Counted from the first letter of the stretch, positions 8,608 through 17,932 are shown. The stretch: DNA of 38,150 nucleotides from Candidatus Sifarchaeum subterraneum (GCA_016292335.1 JAECRX010000097.1:1-38150), one strand, 5' to 3'. The notes: generated from the sequence alone by a model not told the origin. Numbers and translations: made by a program.

Positions 8608-9309
8608 TTAAGCAATAGGCCTAACGACAATACCATTGTCGGTAATTTCCATTGGAAATTTGCCTATGGTATGGTCAGATCCTCTTAGTTTTCGTATTTC
8701 TATTAATCTTCTTCTAACCATTTCAAATTCTCTGAAAAAAAGCAAAATTATTCCATCAACCACAAATTCTTCAACTCCGTATCGACTGACACCAATGGCT
8801 CCCTCTGGTAGTTCAGAAATTAAAATTGCGGTACAATCTAGCTGTTTCAATCTTCCACATAGAGTGTTAAGATCTCTACGAACTACCTCTTTTCTTTGAA
8901 GTGACATTATAAGAGATGTGACTGAGTCTAAGACCACCCTTTTTGAATTATTTTTTTTGATGGCAGTTTCAATCCTTGTTAGCAGGCCACTTAAATCATA
9001 GGGCCCCCTTTCTATAATTCTGTATTCGTCCCTCGGCAACGCATCGACAAAAATAATTTTATTTGTTTCTGTCAATTTTTCGAGGGACCATCCAAAAGCT
9101 TTTGTATTTTCAATTATTTCCTCTGGAGTCTCATTGAAGGTAACATATACCCCGTTTTCGCCATTCTCAGCTCCGTAGATGAGAAATTGTGTTGATAATA
9201 TACTTTTTCCAGTACCTGCTCCACCAGCGAGTAGTATTGTTTTCCTCTCTGGAAAACCCCCGTGTAACATATCATCTAACCCTGGGATTCCTGTTTGAAT
9301 TCGTTGCAA
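8608..9309 (-). CDS. KaiC-like RecA-superfamily ATPase (single domain)
   Basis: 233 aa with a TTG start behind GGGTGATC. Motifs are TGIPGLDDMLHGGFP, Walker A GGAGTGKS and Walker B-like RVVLDSVTS. Confidence 0.8.
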   Translation of the reverse strand: MQRIQTGIPGLDDMLHGGFPERKTILLAGGAGTGKSILSTQFLIYGAENGENGVYVTFNETPEEIIENTKAFGWSLEKLTETNKIIFVDALPRDEYRIIERGPYDLSGLLTRIETAIKKNNSKRVVLDSVTSLIMSLQRKEVVRRDLNTLCGRLKQLDCTAILISELPEGAIGVSRYGVEEFVVDGIILLFFREFEMVRRRLIEIRKLRGSDHTIGKFPMEITDNGIVVRPIA

Positions 9310-9488
9310 CTTTGATCACCCATGGGGATAACTAGGTTTATTTCTCTATAAAGTTGTCTAGTTATATATCAGACATTTTTTTTTGGATATAACCTTTTTT
9401 AATAAGGTTAAACTATGGAACTTTTGCCTCCTAAATTGTAATTCCTTTGTTTTTATGAACTTAATCTTCTTGTAACGATTTATTGCTT

Positions 9489-10076
9489 TTAAACTATTGT
9501 TTCCTCAGAAATTTTTGTTTTTTCCTCTTTTGGAATATTATGAAGGAAGATTTTTTTAACTAATACTTCAAAAACTCTCTCCACATTTTCACCTGTTTTT
9601 GCAGAAGTTTCAAAATAACTCGTATTCATCCTATTGGCAAAATGATAACCATCAATTTCTGGTACTGACCTGAGATATCTGAGATCTGATTTATTACCAA
9701 CTAAAACAGTTGGAATTTTACCTGCATGGTTTAGAAGTTCATTTGACCAATTATGGAGATCCATGAAAGTATCAGGTCTTGTTAAATCAAAAACAAGTAT
9801 ACTTCCCCTTGCGCCAAGATAATATGCTCGTCTTACTTCTTTGAAGTGAGGTTGACCGCCCAGATCCCATATCACAAGCTTGGTGTTAATTCTTTTATTA
9901 AACTCACTGAAAACAATGTTTTTTGAAGAAATATGTGTTCCCATCGTCATTATATAGTCTCCAACAAAATAGTTTTCAACATACCTTCGAATCAAAGATG
10001 ATTTACCTACTGCTGGATCTCCGATGACAGTTACTTTGAATAAAAAATCAGCCAATAGTTTTTCCCTCTTCATCAT
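9489..10076 (-). CDS. Rab/Ras-like small GTPase
   Basis: 195 aa. G1 is GDPAVGKS, G3 is WDLGGQ, G4 is GNKSD and G5 is ETSAK. Confidence 0.85.
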   Translation of the reverse strand: MMKREKLLADFLFKVTVIGDPAVGKSSLIRRYVENYFVGDYIMTMGTHISSKNIVFSEFNKRINTKLVIWDLGGQPHFKEVRRAYYLGARGSILVFDLTRPDTFMDLHNWSNELLNHAGKIPTVLVGNKSDLRYLRSVPEIDGYHFANRMNTSYFETSAKTGENVERVFEVLVKKIFLHNIPKEEKTKISEETIV

Positions 10077-10094
10077 ATTCTAAAGTTTTATTAG

Positions 10095-10218
10095 AGCATC
10101 TAGCTGAAATGCATGATCGGTTTGCCTATCACTTACACAGGAACGCATCTAAAGAGCCGTGCACACCATGCTCACTCAGTCTGCCTCAAGCTCCGTCCTT
10201 CAGGGCGGAGTTCTTGAC
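10095..10218 (+). repeat. GC-island element, short copy B (3' module)
   Basis: It shares cacaggaac and caccatgctcac with copy C, and agagcc..catgctc with copy D2. It ends in ctccgtccttcagggcggagttcttgac (10191-10218). It starts 19 nt from the Rab-like gene start, on the opposite strand. Confidence 0.45.
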
Positions 10219-10231
10219 TTAGCTCCTATTG

Positions 10232-10462
10232 TCAAATTAGATTTGTAAGAGGTGGGATCTGATCTTTTATGTATATCAGACTCAGTTCTATTATTCCCAT
10301 AGATATATCTTGTTCCTTTGACTTTATATAAGTAATTGTCTTAAGATCTTCCCTTATTTCTCCATTTGTTTTTTTCACTATTTTTGTATTTTCTGTATCT
10401 ATTTTCCCTTTGTTTGCGTTGTTTTTTGAATTTTTTTCGATCTTTCTTTTCACAACTGTCAA
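10232..10462 (-). CDS. Hypothetical Lys/Asn-rich small protein (weak call)
   Basis: 76 aa with a TTG start and low-complexity composition. It is co-oriented with the downstream GTPase. No family signal. Confidence 0.2.
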   Translation of the reverse strand: MTVVKRKIEKNSKNNANKGKIDTENTKIVKKTNGEIREDLKTITYIKSKEQDISMGIIELSLIYIKDQIPPLTNLI

Positions 10463-11007
10463 TTTTTAGATATTTGTGTTTTTGTATATCCTCCTCTTAG
10501 ATTGTTTGGATTCGGAGTGTTTTTAATCCTAATTGGTGTAAATTACAGTTTGATATTCTGTATCAGAGTATAAAATCGCTTGAGAAATATTTTCTTAGGG
10601 ATATTATATCACATTTTTTGCGTATCTTCACGTATGTATAGTATTTTTTTAGCAATCTTGCAATATAAAAACAATTTATCTAAATATTTGTAAAGAAATC
10701 AATCATAATTATTGTTAGCAATATTAAAAATATGCGAAAAATAGGTTTTAATATATCATCATTATAGGATGTTATTAATGTTCTTGTTTCCATTGATATG
10801 TGGATGCCTTCACAAGTATTTCTAGTTCGGCAACTTTATACTTAAATATCAATCAGGTCCACATCTATTGCAATTATCGATTTTTTAGCAATTAAACCAA
10901 AAATTTAAAAACCAATTAATAGAATTAAATCTATTCCCCTCAAACGTATAAAATCCATCTCTTAATATCGCTGAAGATCTAGACTCTAAGAATATGAGGT
11001 ACCAAAC

Positions 11008-11394
11008 ATGAGTAGAACACAAAGAATACAAGAAATTTTACTCACCTTAGAAAAAGACACAGAAAGAGTGCTTAGAGTTGCCTTACTTGATTCAAAAGGG
11101 CTTATTGTTGCAACATCAAGAGATGATGCATTTTCTTCTATGGCACATGCGGACATAATTGGATATGTTGCTTCAAATATGTTAGTTGCCGTAGAACGAT
11201 CTTCTAGAGAATTAGACCCAGGTAAATTTATCCGAAACATGGTTGAATGGGAAAAAATTCTCGTTGTAATGGTACCTGTTTTTGCTTCAGATTTTAGAGG
11301 TATGCTTGTTGCTGAATGTGAAAAAGATGTTTTGAAGGGCGTTCTTTTTTATAATCTGAATCATGCGGCAAAGGAGCTGGAAAAAATTTTTTAG
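11008..11394 (+). CDS. Roadblock/LC7 (MglB-like) domain protein
   Basis: 128 aa with an ATG behind GAGGT. The Roadblock pattern LRVALLDSKGLIVATS is present and the size is typical. Confidence 0.7.
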   Translation: MSRTQRIQEILLTLEKDTERVLRVALLDSKGLIVATSRDDAFSSMAHADIIGYVASNMLVAVERSSRELDPGKFIRNMVEWEKILVVMVPVFASDFRGMLVAECEKDVLKGVLFYNLNHAAKELEKIF

Positions 11395-11579
11395 CTAATT
11401 TGTTAATTGCTTTCCTTCAATAGTCAGAGTATAAATCCTTACGCATTTGATTTTGTTTTTTTGTTATTAGACGAGATTTATGATAGACAAGATTTATGAA
11501 TTAATTTTTGTCATAATGGATAATTAAGGTAGCATCCTATATGGACCTATTGTTACCAATATTTTTCTATTAATTTTCG

Positions 11580-12854
11580 ATGCTCCAAAAAAGAGAGAAG
11601 GTGGTTGTGAAATTGAACACAGAAGAACTCAAAGAAAAAATTGTTAACGAAGAAATCAAATTTTACGAGGTTGAAGGTTATGTTGATGGTGACATCAATA
11701 AGGCAACAGTTTTACGAAGAAAAGCATTAGAGAAGATGACAGGCGCATCCCTTGAAACGATTGGGAATTATTCATTCGACATGGCCCAAACAGCGATGAG
11801 AAACATAGAGAATCCTATAGGAGCTGCTCAAATTCCAATTGGTGTTGCCGGACCTTTAAAAGTAAAAGGAGACTATGCGGATGGAAAATACTATCTTCCA
11901 TTGTGTACTACTGAAGGCGCCCTTGTAGCTTCTGTTAACAGAGGTGCTTCAATAATCACTGATAGTGGAGGTGCTAAAAGTAAAATTTTCAGATCTTTGA
12001 TGGTCAGAGCACCAGTAATGAAGGTACCTGATGCTGAGCACGCCGTTAAACTAGTAGAATGGGTAGAAGAGCATTTTGAAGAAGTTAAAGCTGCCTTTAA
12101 AGGAGATGAGCCTTTTGTCTGGTTGCATGACTTCCAATGGTGGATTCTAGGAAGAAATGTGTTTTTAAGATTTCGGGCAGATTCTGCTGATGCAATGGGA
12201 ATGAATATGATCACTAAAGGCTCAGAAAAGGCTTGTAACTTCATTTCTGAAAATCTACCATGGGCTAAACTTGTTGCAACAAGTGGAAACATGTGTGTTG
12301 ATAAAAAACCAAGTGCTGTAAATTATCTATTGGGAAGAGGTAAGACTGTGCAAGGTGAAACAATTCTAAAAAGAGATTTCATAAATAAAACCTTAAAGAC
12401 AACGCCTGAAGGAATGGTAGAAATTGTATATCGTAAAATTTATCTTGGAACAGGACAAGCGGCGGCATATGGACTTAATTCCCATGTTGCAAATATAATT
12501 GCAGCCATATTCTTGGCAACAGGTCAAGATGCAGCTCAAGTGGTTGAGAGTTCCATGGGTATAGTAACTGCTGAAATATTGGATGATGGCGATCTTTATT
12601 TTTCTTTAACTTTACCCAGCCTTGAAATAGGCACTTTTGGAGGAGGTACTGGACTTCCTACCCAGCGAGAATCGCTAAGTATAATGGGTTGTGCGGGATT
12701 TTACAAAGACAAGCCTCCGGGAACGATGGCTAAAAAATTTGCTGAAATTGTTGCTGCTGCAGCATTGGCTGGAGAAATTTCCCTTTGTGCTGCACTTAGT
12801 GCAGGGCATCTAACAACTGCTCATGAGCGGCTTGGTAGAGGGATAACTACTTAG
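11580..12854 (+). CDS. hmgA: Class I HMG-CoA reductase
   Basis: 424 aa. Motifs are TTEGALVASVNRG, DAMGMNM, GTFGGGTG and a C-terminal catalytic His region LTTAHERLGR. Confidence 0.9.
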   Translation: MLQKREKVVVKLNTEELKEKIVNEEIKFYEVEGYVDGDINKATVLRRKALEKMTGASLETIGNYSFDMAQTAMRNIENPIGAAQIPIGVAGPLKVKGDYADGKYYLPLCTTEGALVASVNRGASIITDSGGAKSKIFRSLMVRAPVMKVPDAEHAVKLVEWVEEHFEEVKAAFKGDEPFVWLHDFQWWILGRNVFLRFRADSADAMGMNMITKGSEKACNFISENLPWAKLVATSGNMCVDKKPSAVNYLLGRGKTVQGETILKRDFINKTLKTTPEGMVEIVYRKIYLGTGQAAAYGLNSHVANIIAAIFLATGQDAAQVVESSMGIVTAEILDDGDLYFSLTLPSLEIGTFGGGTGLPTQRESLSIMGCAGFYKDKPPGTMAKKFAEIVAAAALAGEISLCAALSAGHLTTAHERLGRGITT

Positions 12855-13401
12855 CGTACCTCCTTTATTGTTTCCACGTAAATTCCCTTATACAATATAA
12901 TAATAAAAAAGGATGCGAAGGGTGTGATCTGGTGCCCTGGATCACGGAGCGGGCTTTTCGACTATATATCCTGCATCAGATAAAATTTTAACACCCAACT
13001 ATGTCGCTGGAATACAGGAAATTGAAAAAATCGAAATAAAGGAAGAGTATGGAGCAGACCTGCAACAGACCTTGTAACTTCTCAAAAAGTAGAAAGAGAA
13101 GGTCATGGCTTATTAGAAATTGGAAGCCGATTATCAAACAAAGGATAAAAGGGACATTCCCCTTGTAACCTGGAGGAGAGTGAACATCGAATAAATCATG
13201 CGGAAATTTCGAGTCGAAGAGAAGCTGCGCAATGGAATCAAAACTTTTCAAACGAAAAGGATCTTAATGGGCGCGAAATTAGACTTTGGTGTCTCAATTT
13301 ATCCCTAACTTCTTCAAAAAGTTCCTCTCCCTTCATCCAGTATAAAAGTTTAAAGGATCAAAGAATAGTGGAGTTTTTATTGTTATTTTCAAAAGAGTCA
13401 A

Positions 13402-13608
13402 TTGGAGATTGCAATGCTGTTCTTCATAATATTTTCTCTAAGGAAAATGTTAAAGTCTAAAACAGCCTCCCCTCTTGTGGAGGAAGGCTTACTTCTGGGC
13501 TTGGCATTATTAACATTTGCAATCATACTAACTATTGTCATTGATGTTCTTGGTTGGTCGAGCGATATTTTCACAGACTTAATGAAAGAGTTAGAAAATG
13601 TCGGTTAG
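13402..13608 (+). CDS. Small membrane protein with Flp/class-III-signal-like N-terminus (tentative)
   Basis: 64-68 aa (TTG at 13402 or ATG at 13414). KSKTA/SPLVEEGLLLGLALLTFAII resembles a prepilin-type cleavage site followed by Glu at +5 and a hydrophobic helix. Confidence 0.35.
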   Translation: MEIAMLFFIIFSLRKMLKSKTASPLVEEGLLLGLALLTFAIILTIVIDVLGWSSDIFTDLMKELENVG

Positions 13609-14034
13609 ATTATAGAAAAATAAATAATTCTAAAATCGTTGGGAATCGTAGATATTTCTAAACAAACACATTATTTTTTTTTCGTTTGCGAATTGTTTTG
13701 CTTAAGGGATGATTTTCTTTTTCCATTCTTTATATATGATGTTTTGAATCTTGAAATAAAATATTCTTCTTAAATTTTCGCCAAAAAATGGAAAATGACA
13801 TAACTCCTTACATTTTATATAAATTGCTGGATGAGAATCAGACAAAAATAGATCAGCGGCAGAAATACAGAACTATCGACAGCCAACGATTTTCCAGCAC
13901 AATGACCTATTGAGAGAAAAATAATTGACAAATCTGAAGTATTTAACAAAAAAAATAAAAATACATTGGGAGATACTTTCTAGACTCACATTCAATTGCC
14001 GGTGAATGTATTGATTCCCTTAATTCCCAGACAT

Positions 14035-15120
14035 ATGAAGGTCAAACACTTCTTAGACAAGGAAGAGCTCGATGCGTTTATTTCTTTCAAACCCGAGAAC
14101 ATCTTTTACCTAACGGGTCTGCCAAGTTCACAATTGATTGAAGCAAAGGTAGCACTATTCATACAGTCTGAAGAAGAAATCACACTCCTTATTCCCAAAA
14201 TTTTTGCCGAAGAAGCCCAACAAGTAACAAACATAGACGATATAAGATTCTTCAGTCCACAAGAAGACTCGTCTGTTTTTGTTGACTTAATTGTTAAAAT
14301 TCTGAAGGAAAAAGATTTGGATAAAAAGATAATTGGATTAGAATTAGATTATATTTCAGCAAACTTATTTGAAATATTAAAGAAGGAACTAACTCAGGCA
14401 GGATTTAAGGACTTTTCAAAATCTATGTATACTATACGCACTTGTAAAGATAGTTTTGAAGTTAAAAACATAAGAACGGGAATTGAAATAATTGAAAAAG
14501 GAATTAGAACTGCTATCGAAATTGTAAAACCGGGGTTACAAGAAATTGAAGTAGCAGCTGAGGTTGAAAGTGCCATCCGAAGGGCTGGTGCAAAACGCCG
14601 AGACAACGAAGCTATTGTCAAATCTGGTTCAAGGAGTGCAATACCCTACATCTCTTCCTCGAATAAGAAAATTGAGGAAAATGAACCAATAATCATTAAA
14701 ATTTTATCAAATTATAACGAATATTTCTCAAAAATCTCTCGTCCTATTTTTACTGGAAAACCAGATGAAAAATTAAGGGAAATGTTCAAAAGTATAGCAA
14801 AAATCCACGAAACTGTTTTAGAAACAATTCGACCGGAAATTTCAGTGGGAGAAATAGACAAAATTACTCGAAAAATAATGAAAGAAAATGGATATGAAAA
14901 ATACCTTATCCTACCAACTGGCCATGGTATCGGGTTGGAAAAGACTGAACCCCCAATTATCATTCAAAATAATCAAACAGTCCTAAAGCCTAATACAGTC
15001 ATCTATTTTGAACCTGCAATTACCATTCCAAATACATGCGGAATGATGGTAGGAGATATGGTATTAATTACAGAAGATGGATGCGAACTTTTAAACAAAC
15101 TTTCAATTGAAACTGTTTAA
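14035..15120 (+). CDS. M24-family Xaa-Pro aminopeptidase/prolidase-like protein
   Basis: I prefer the ATG at 14035, in frame with the TTG at 13996 used by the track. It has a creatinase-like N-domain (LDAFISFKPENIFYLTG) and a pita-bread C-domain (HGIGLE, YFEPAITIP, VGDMVLITEDG). Confidence 0.85.
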   Translation: MKVKHFLDKEELDAFISFKPENIFYLTGLPSSQLIEAKVALFIQSEEEITLLIPKIFAEEAQQVTNIDDIRFFSPQEDSSVFVDLIVKILKEKDLDKKIIGLELDYISANLFEILKKELTQAGFKDFSKSMYTIRTCKDSFEVKNIRTGIEIIEKGIRTAIEIVKPGLQEIEVAAEVESAIRRAGAKRRDNEAIVKSGSRSAIPYISSSNKKIEENEPIIIKILSNYNEYFSKISRPIFTGKPDEKLREMFKSIAKIHETVLETIRPEISVGEIDKITRKIMKENGYEKYLILPTGHGIGLEKTEPPIIIQNNQTVLKPNTVIYFEPAITIPNTCGMMVGDMVLITEDGCELLNKLSIETV

Positions 15121-15487
15121 ATCCTTTTTTTCCATCTAAATTTGAACATTTTTAATCAGAGAATTTTCGTTTGTTAATTGTCCAGGTTAATCAGGTGGGA
15201 GTCCCCTAGGTTGCTGGTTCAGGGGTCTCTATTGGATATTCGGCTTATAAAAGGCGAAAATGGCGCAGAAATGCATCAAAAAGACCGCGGAGGGGCTGTG
15301 GAAAGAATCAATCCGCGTGAATGACATGATCCAGCATGCTACTTAGAAATCTCTCCCTCCCTTTCATTTCCTTATTCCCCCTCCTTTCACTTAGTCTGTA
15401 AGATATATGCTAGGAAAAAGGCAATGTCTGTTTGCTTGAAGATTTCCATTTGGAAACGATAAAATTCCTCTTATCTTATTGTCTTTA

Positions 15488-15566
15488 AGGGCGGTGGTCT
15501 AGCCAGGAAAGGGACGCCGGCCTCCGGAGCCGGAGAACCCGGGTTCAAATCCCGGCCGCCCTGCCA
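15488..15566 (+). tRNA. tRNA-Arg (anticodon CCG), CCA encoded
   Basis: Hand-folded cloverleaf. Acceptor is AGGGCGG/CCGCCCT, D stem GTCT/GGAC, anticodon stem CCGGC/GCCGG with loop CTCCGGA, and T arm CCGGG-TTCAAAT-CCCGG. Discriminator is G, followed by CCA. Confidence 0.9.
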
Positions 15567-15584
15567 TTTTGGCAAATTAAAAAA

Positions 15585-17486
15585 TTACATTCGCTCCAGT
15601 GCGGTTATTCCCATTAGATTTAGTACATTATTCAAAGTTTGTTGCGTTGCTTTGACTAATATCACTCTCATTATTTTGATTTCTTCTTCGCTAGAAAGCA
15701 CTGGACAGTTTGTGTAGAATTGGTTAAATGCAGTAGCTAACTTATATGCATAAGCGGGCAACAGATTTATGTCAATTTTTGTTCCCCAAGGTGTTTGTTT
15801 CATTCTCTTTATGATGTTAAGGACAAGACTTGGAAATTTAGAAATAAGAAGAACCAAGTCTTTTTCATTTTCAGTTTTTATTAGTTCGAAATTGGCATCT
15901 TTTATTATTTCTAGTGGATCCAGTTTACTTTTTTCTAGAATTCTACAACTTCTTGCGTGGGCATATTGTATATATGGTGCGGCATCGCCATTGAAATCCA
16001 ATACTTCATCCCATCTAAATGTTATCTTCTTTTCTGGTGCAGATTTGATCATTGAGTACCTAATTGCTCCAATACCTACTGCTTCTGATATTTGGATTTT
16101 TGTATCTAAATCTAGATTTGGGTTCTTTTTCTCAACTTCAAGGCGTGCTCTTTCTATTGCTTCGTTTATCATATCATCAGTTGTATACCCTATCCATGTT
16201 CCTTCTCTTCCCCTAAATTTGGTTTCAGGAAGCCAAACATGTTCGTATGCCAAGTGATAGGAGTTTTTATATTCTTTTTCAAACCCCATTAATTTTAAAG
16301 ACAAATACATTAATCTCTGGGGAAAAGCTTGCTCAGCTCCGATAACATTAATGACATAATCAGCTCCATTGAATTTTTTTTCTTTTCCCTCTTGAGAGGT
16401 TGTCCACAGAGTGTTTTCGTTTTGTTCAAGGATTCTATATCTCAAAACATCCTCTATTTTTCCAAATTTCCACATTTGAAATGCGATATCTGCAGCAAGG
16501 TATGTAGCTGTACCATCAGGTCTTACTAATACTTTGTATGGTTCTTTCATTTCCTTAAATTCATCGAAAATATCTATTTTTGCGATAATGGCTCCCGATT
16601 CCAATCTTTCTATGTGTTCACATTCAAGCATTCTTTCCAATGCTTTTTTGAAGAGACCAGAGTGAACGATATCACTTTCCCAAACTATCAAATCATGGAA
16701 GATATTCAGCCTGTATGCGGTTTCATATTGTGCTCGGACGCATTTGAATGCTATTTTTTTTATTTTTTCCGATGTTTCGTTATCTCCTTCTTCCATAAGT
16801 TTTAAAATTTCTCTTACTTCTTCTTCTTTCTGTTTATTTCCTTCTATTTGTTTAACAGCTTTTACATATGCTTTTCCTAAAAAGTGGTCATATTTACCTG
16901 TGTAATTCCATTTTTCTTTTTGTTTAAGTATGAAATAGAGTTGTGCAATTTGAAGTCCCAAATCATTTATATAATCGATCCTTAAAACGTTGTTAAATCC
17001 AACTGCATTTAATATCCTCGACATTGTGTCTCCAAGAATTGCGTTACGTGCATGTCCAATGTGCCAAGGTTTTGAGGGATTTACAGCTGGATATTCAATG
17101 ATAACTTTTTTACCTTCAAAAAAATTTGCGTTACCATATTTTTCCAATAATGAAAGTACGAGATTAAGAGTTTCTTTTGAGTATTTAGGATAATCAATGA
17201 AGAAGTTTATGTATCCATTTCCTAAAATTTTGATTTTTTTAACTTGATCGATTTTCTTCAATTCAGAAACGATTTCTTGGGCAATTTTTAATGGTGGTTT
17301 CTTTAGTTTTTTAGCAAGAGTAAAAGGTAGTGTGGATGCTAAATCGCCGAAACTTTTGTCCGGAGGTTCTTCAAGACTGTTGATAACATCTGTCTTCACA
17401 ATAATTCCTGGAGTTACACATTCTAAAAGTGCTTCCACGACTTTTGTTTTCAGATTGCTCCAAGTATCGCTGAAGTTCACTTGCAA
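15585..17486 (-). CDS. argS: Arginyl-tRNA synthetase
   Basis: 633 aa with a TTG start behind AAGGTGAT. It has the HIGH-type motif PWHIGHARN and the DALR anticodon-binding C-terminus (YIQYAHARSCRIL ... ending in M). Confidence 0.95.
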   Translation of the reverse strand: MQVNFSDTWSNLKTKVVEALLECVTPGIIVKTDVINSLEEPPDKSFGDLASTLPFTLAKKLKKPPLKIAQEIVSELKKIDQVKKIKILGNGYINFFIDYPKYSKETLNLVLSLLEKYGNANFFEGKKVIIEYPAVNPSKPWHIGHARNAILGDTMSRILNAVGFNNVLRIDYINDLGLQIAQLYFILKQKEKWNYTGKYDHFLGKAYVKAVKQIEGNKQKEEEVREILKLMEEGDNETSEKIKKIAFKCVRAQYETAYRLNIFHDLIVWESDIVHSGLFKKALERMLECEHIERLESGAIIAKIDIFDEFKEMKEPYKVLVRPDGTATYLAADIAFQMWKFGKIEDVLRYRILEQNENTLWTTSQEGKEKKFNGADYVINVIGAEQAFPQRLMYLSLKLMGFEKEYKNSYHLAYEHVWLPETKFRGREGTWIGYTTDDMINEAIERARLEVEKKNPNLDLDTKIQISEAVGIGAIRYSMIKSAPEKKITFRWDEVLDFNGDAAPYIQYAHARSCRILEKSKLDPLEIIKDANFELIKTENEKDLVLLISKFPSLVLNIIKRMKQTPWGTKIDINLLPAYAYKLATAFNQFYTNCPVLSSEEEIKIMRVILVKATQQTLNNVLNLMGITALERM

Positions 17487-17508
17487 AATATCACCTTGGT
17501 TACCGCAA

Positions 17509-17781
17509 GAAGGCCTCTCGCCTTTAAACGAGGGAATAGTTGCGGTTGTCGGGTAGATTTCCCTTATAAAGGAATTTAGTGTCTATCGAGACTGCTAGGA
17601 AGGCTTAGTCTCTGAAAGAAACATGGCGTTAAGTGCTACTGTCGTAGAGCTTGGAACTCGGACACGTATCCTCTGGTATTTGTAGCCATCCAGGCAGCTA
17701 TCCTATAACACAGGAACTCTAGTCAACTTTCGCTTTGTTAGCACCATCATAAACTCAGTCTTTCAGGGCGGAGTAGTTGAC
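17509..17781 (+). repeat. GC-island element, full-length copy C
   Basis: 5' hairpins are cctctcg-cctttaaa-cgaggg and atttccc-ttataaa-ggaattt. The central block cacaggaac..caccat is shared with B. The 3' signature is actcagtctttcagggcggagtagttgac (17753-17781). It lies between the argS start and tRNA-Arg(GCG). Confidence 0.5.
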
Positions 17782-17932
17782 TCTCATATCGTATTTTTAA
17801 GGGCATATCTCTTTTATTATGAATTAATTGAAAAAATTTATCACTCCTGCTTTACTTTCTACAAATACTGTTGCCAGATGAAAGATCATATTGACTTTTT
17901 CAAAGTTTTTTTAGACAATTGGTGGATCGAAA

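Noticed and set aside
10463-11007. The AT-rich 545-nt spacer with TTAGCAAT repeats and a tcca..tgga-type dyad, considered as a replication origin.
   Set aside because: There are no recognisable ORB/mini-ORB elements with a G-string and no adjacent orc1/cdc6. The repeats are short and could arise by chance in AT-rich DNA. It is kept only as a regulatory-region note.
12988-13251. An 87-aa minus-strand ORF in the hmgA downstream spacer, and the GC hairpin at 12917-12942 (gtgatc..gatcac).
   Set aside because: The ORF has a TTG start, no SD and no family features. The hairpin may be a terminator or small RNA, but I could not support anything specific.
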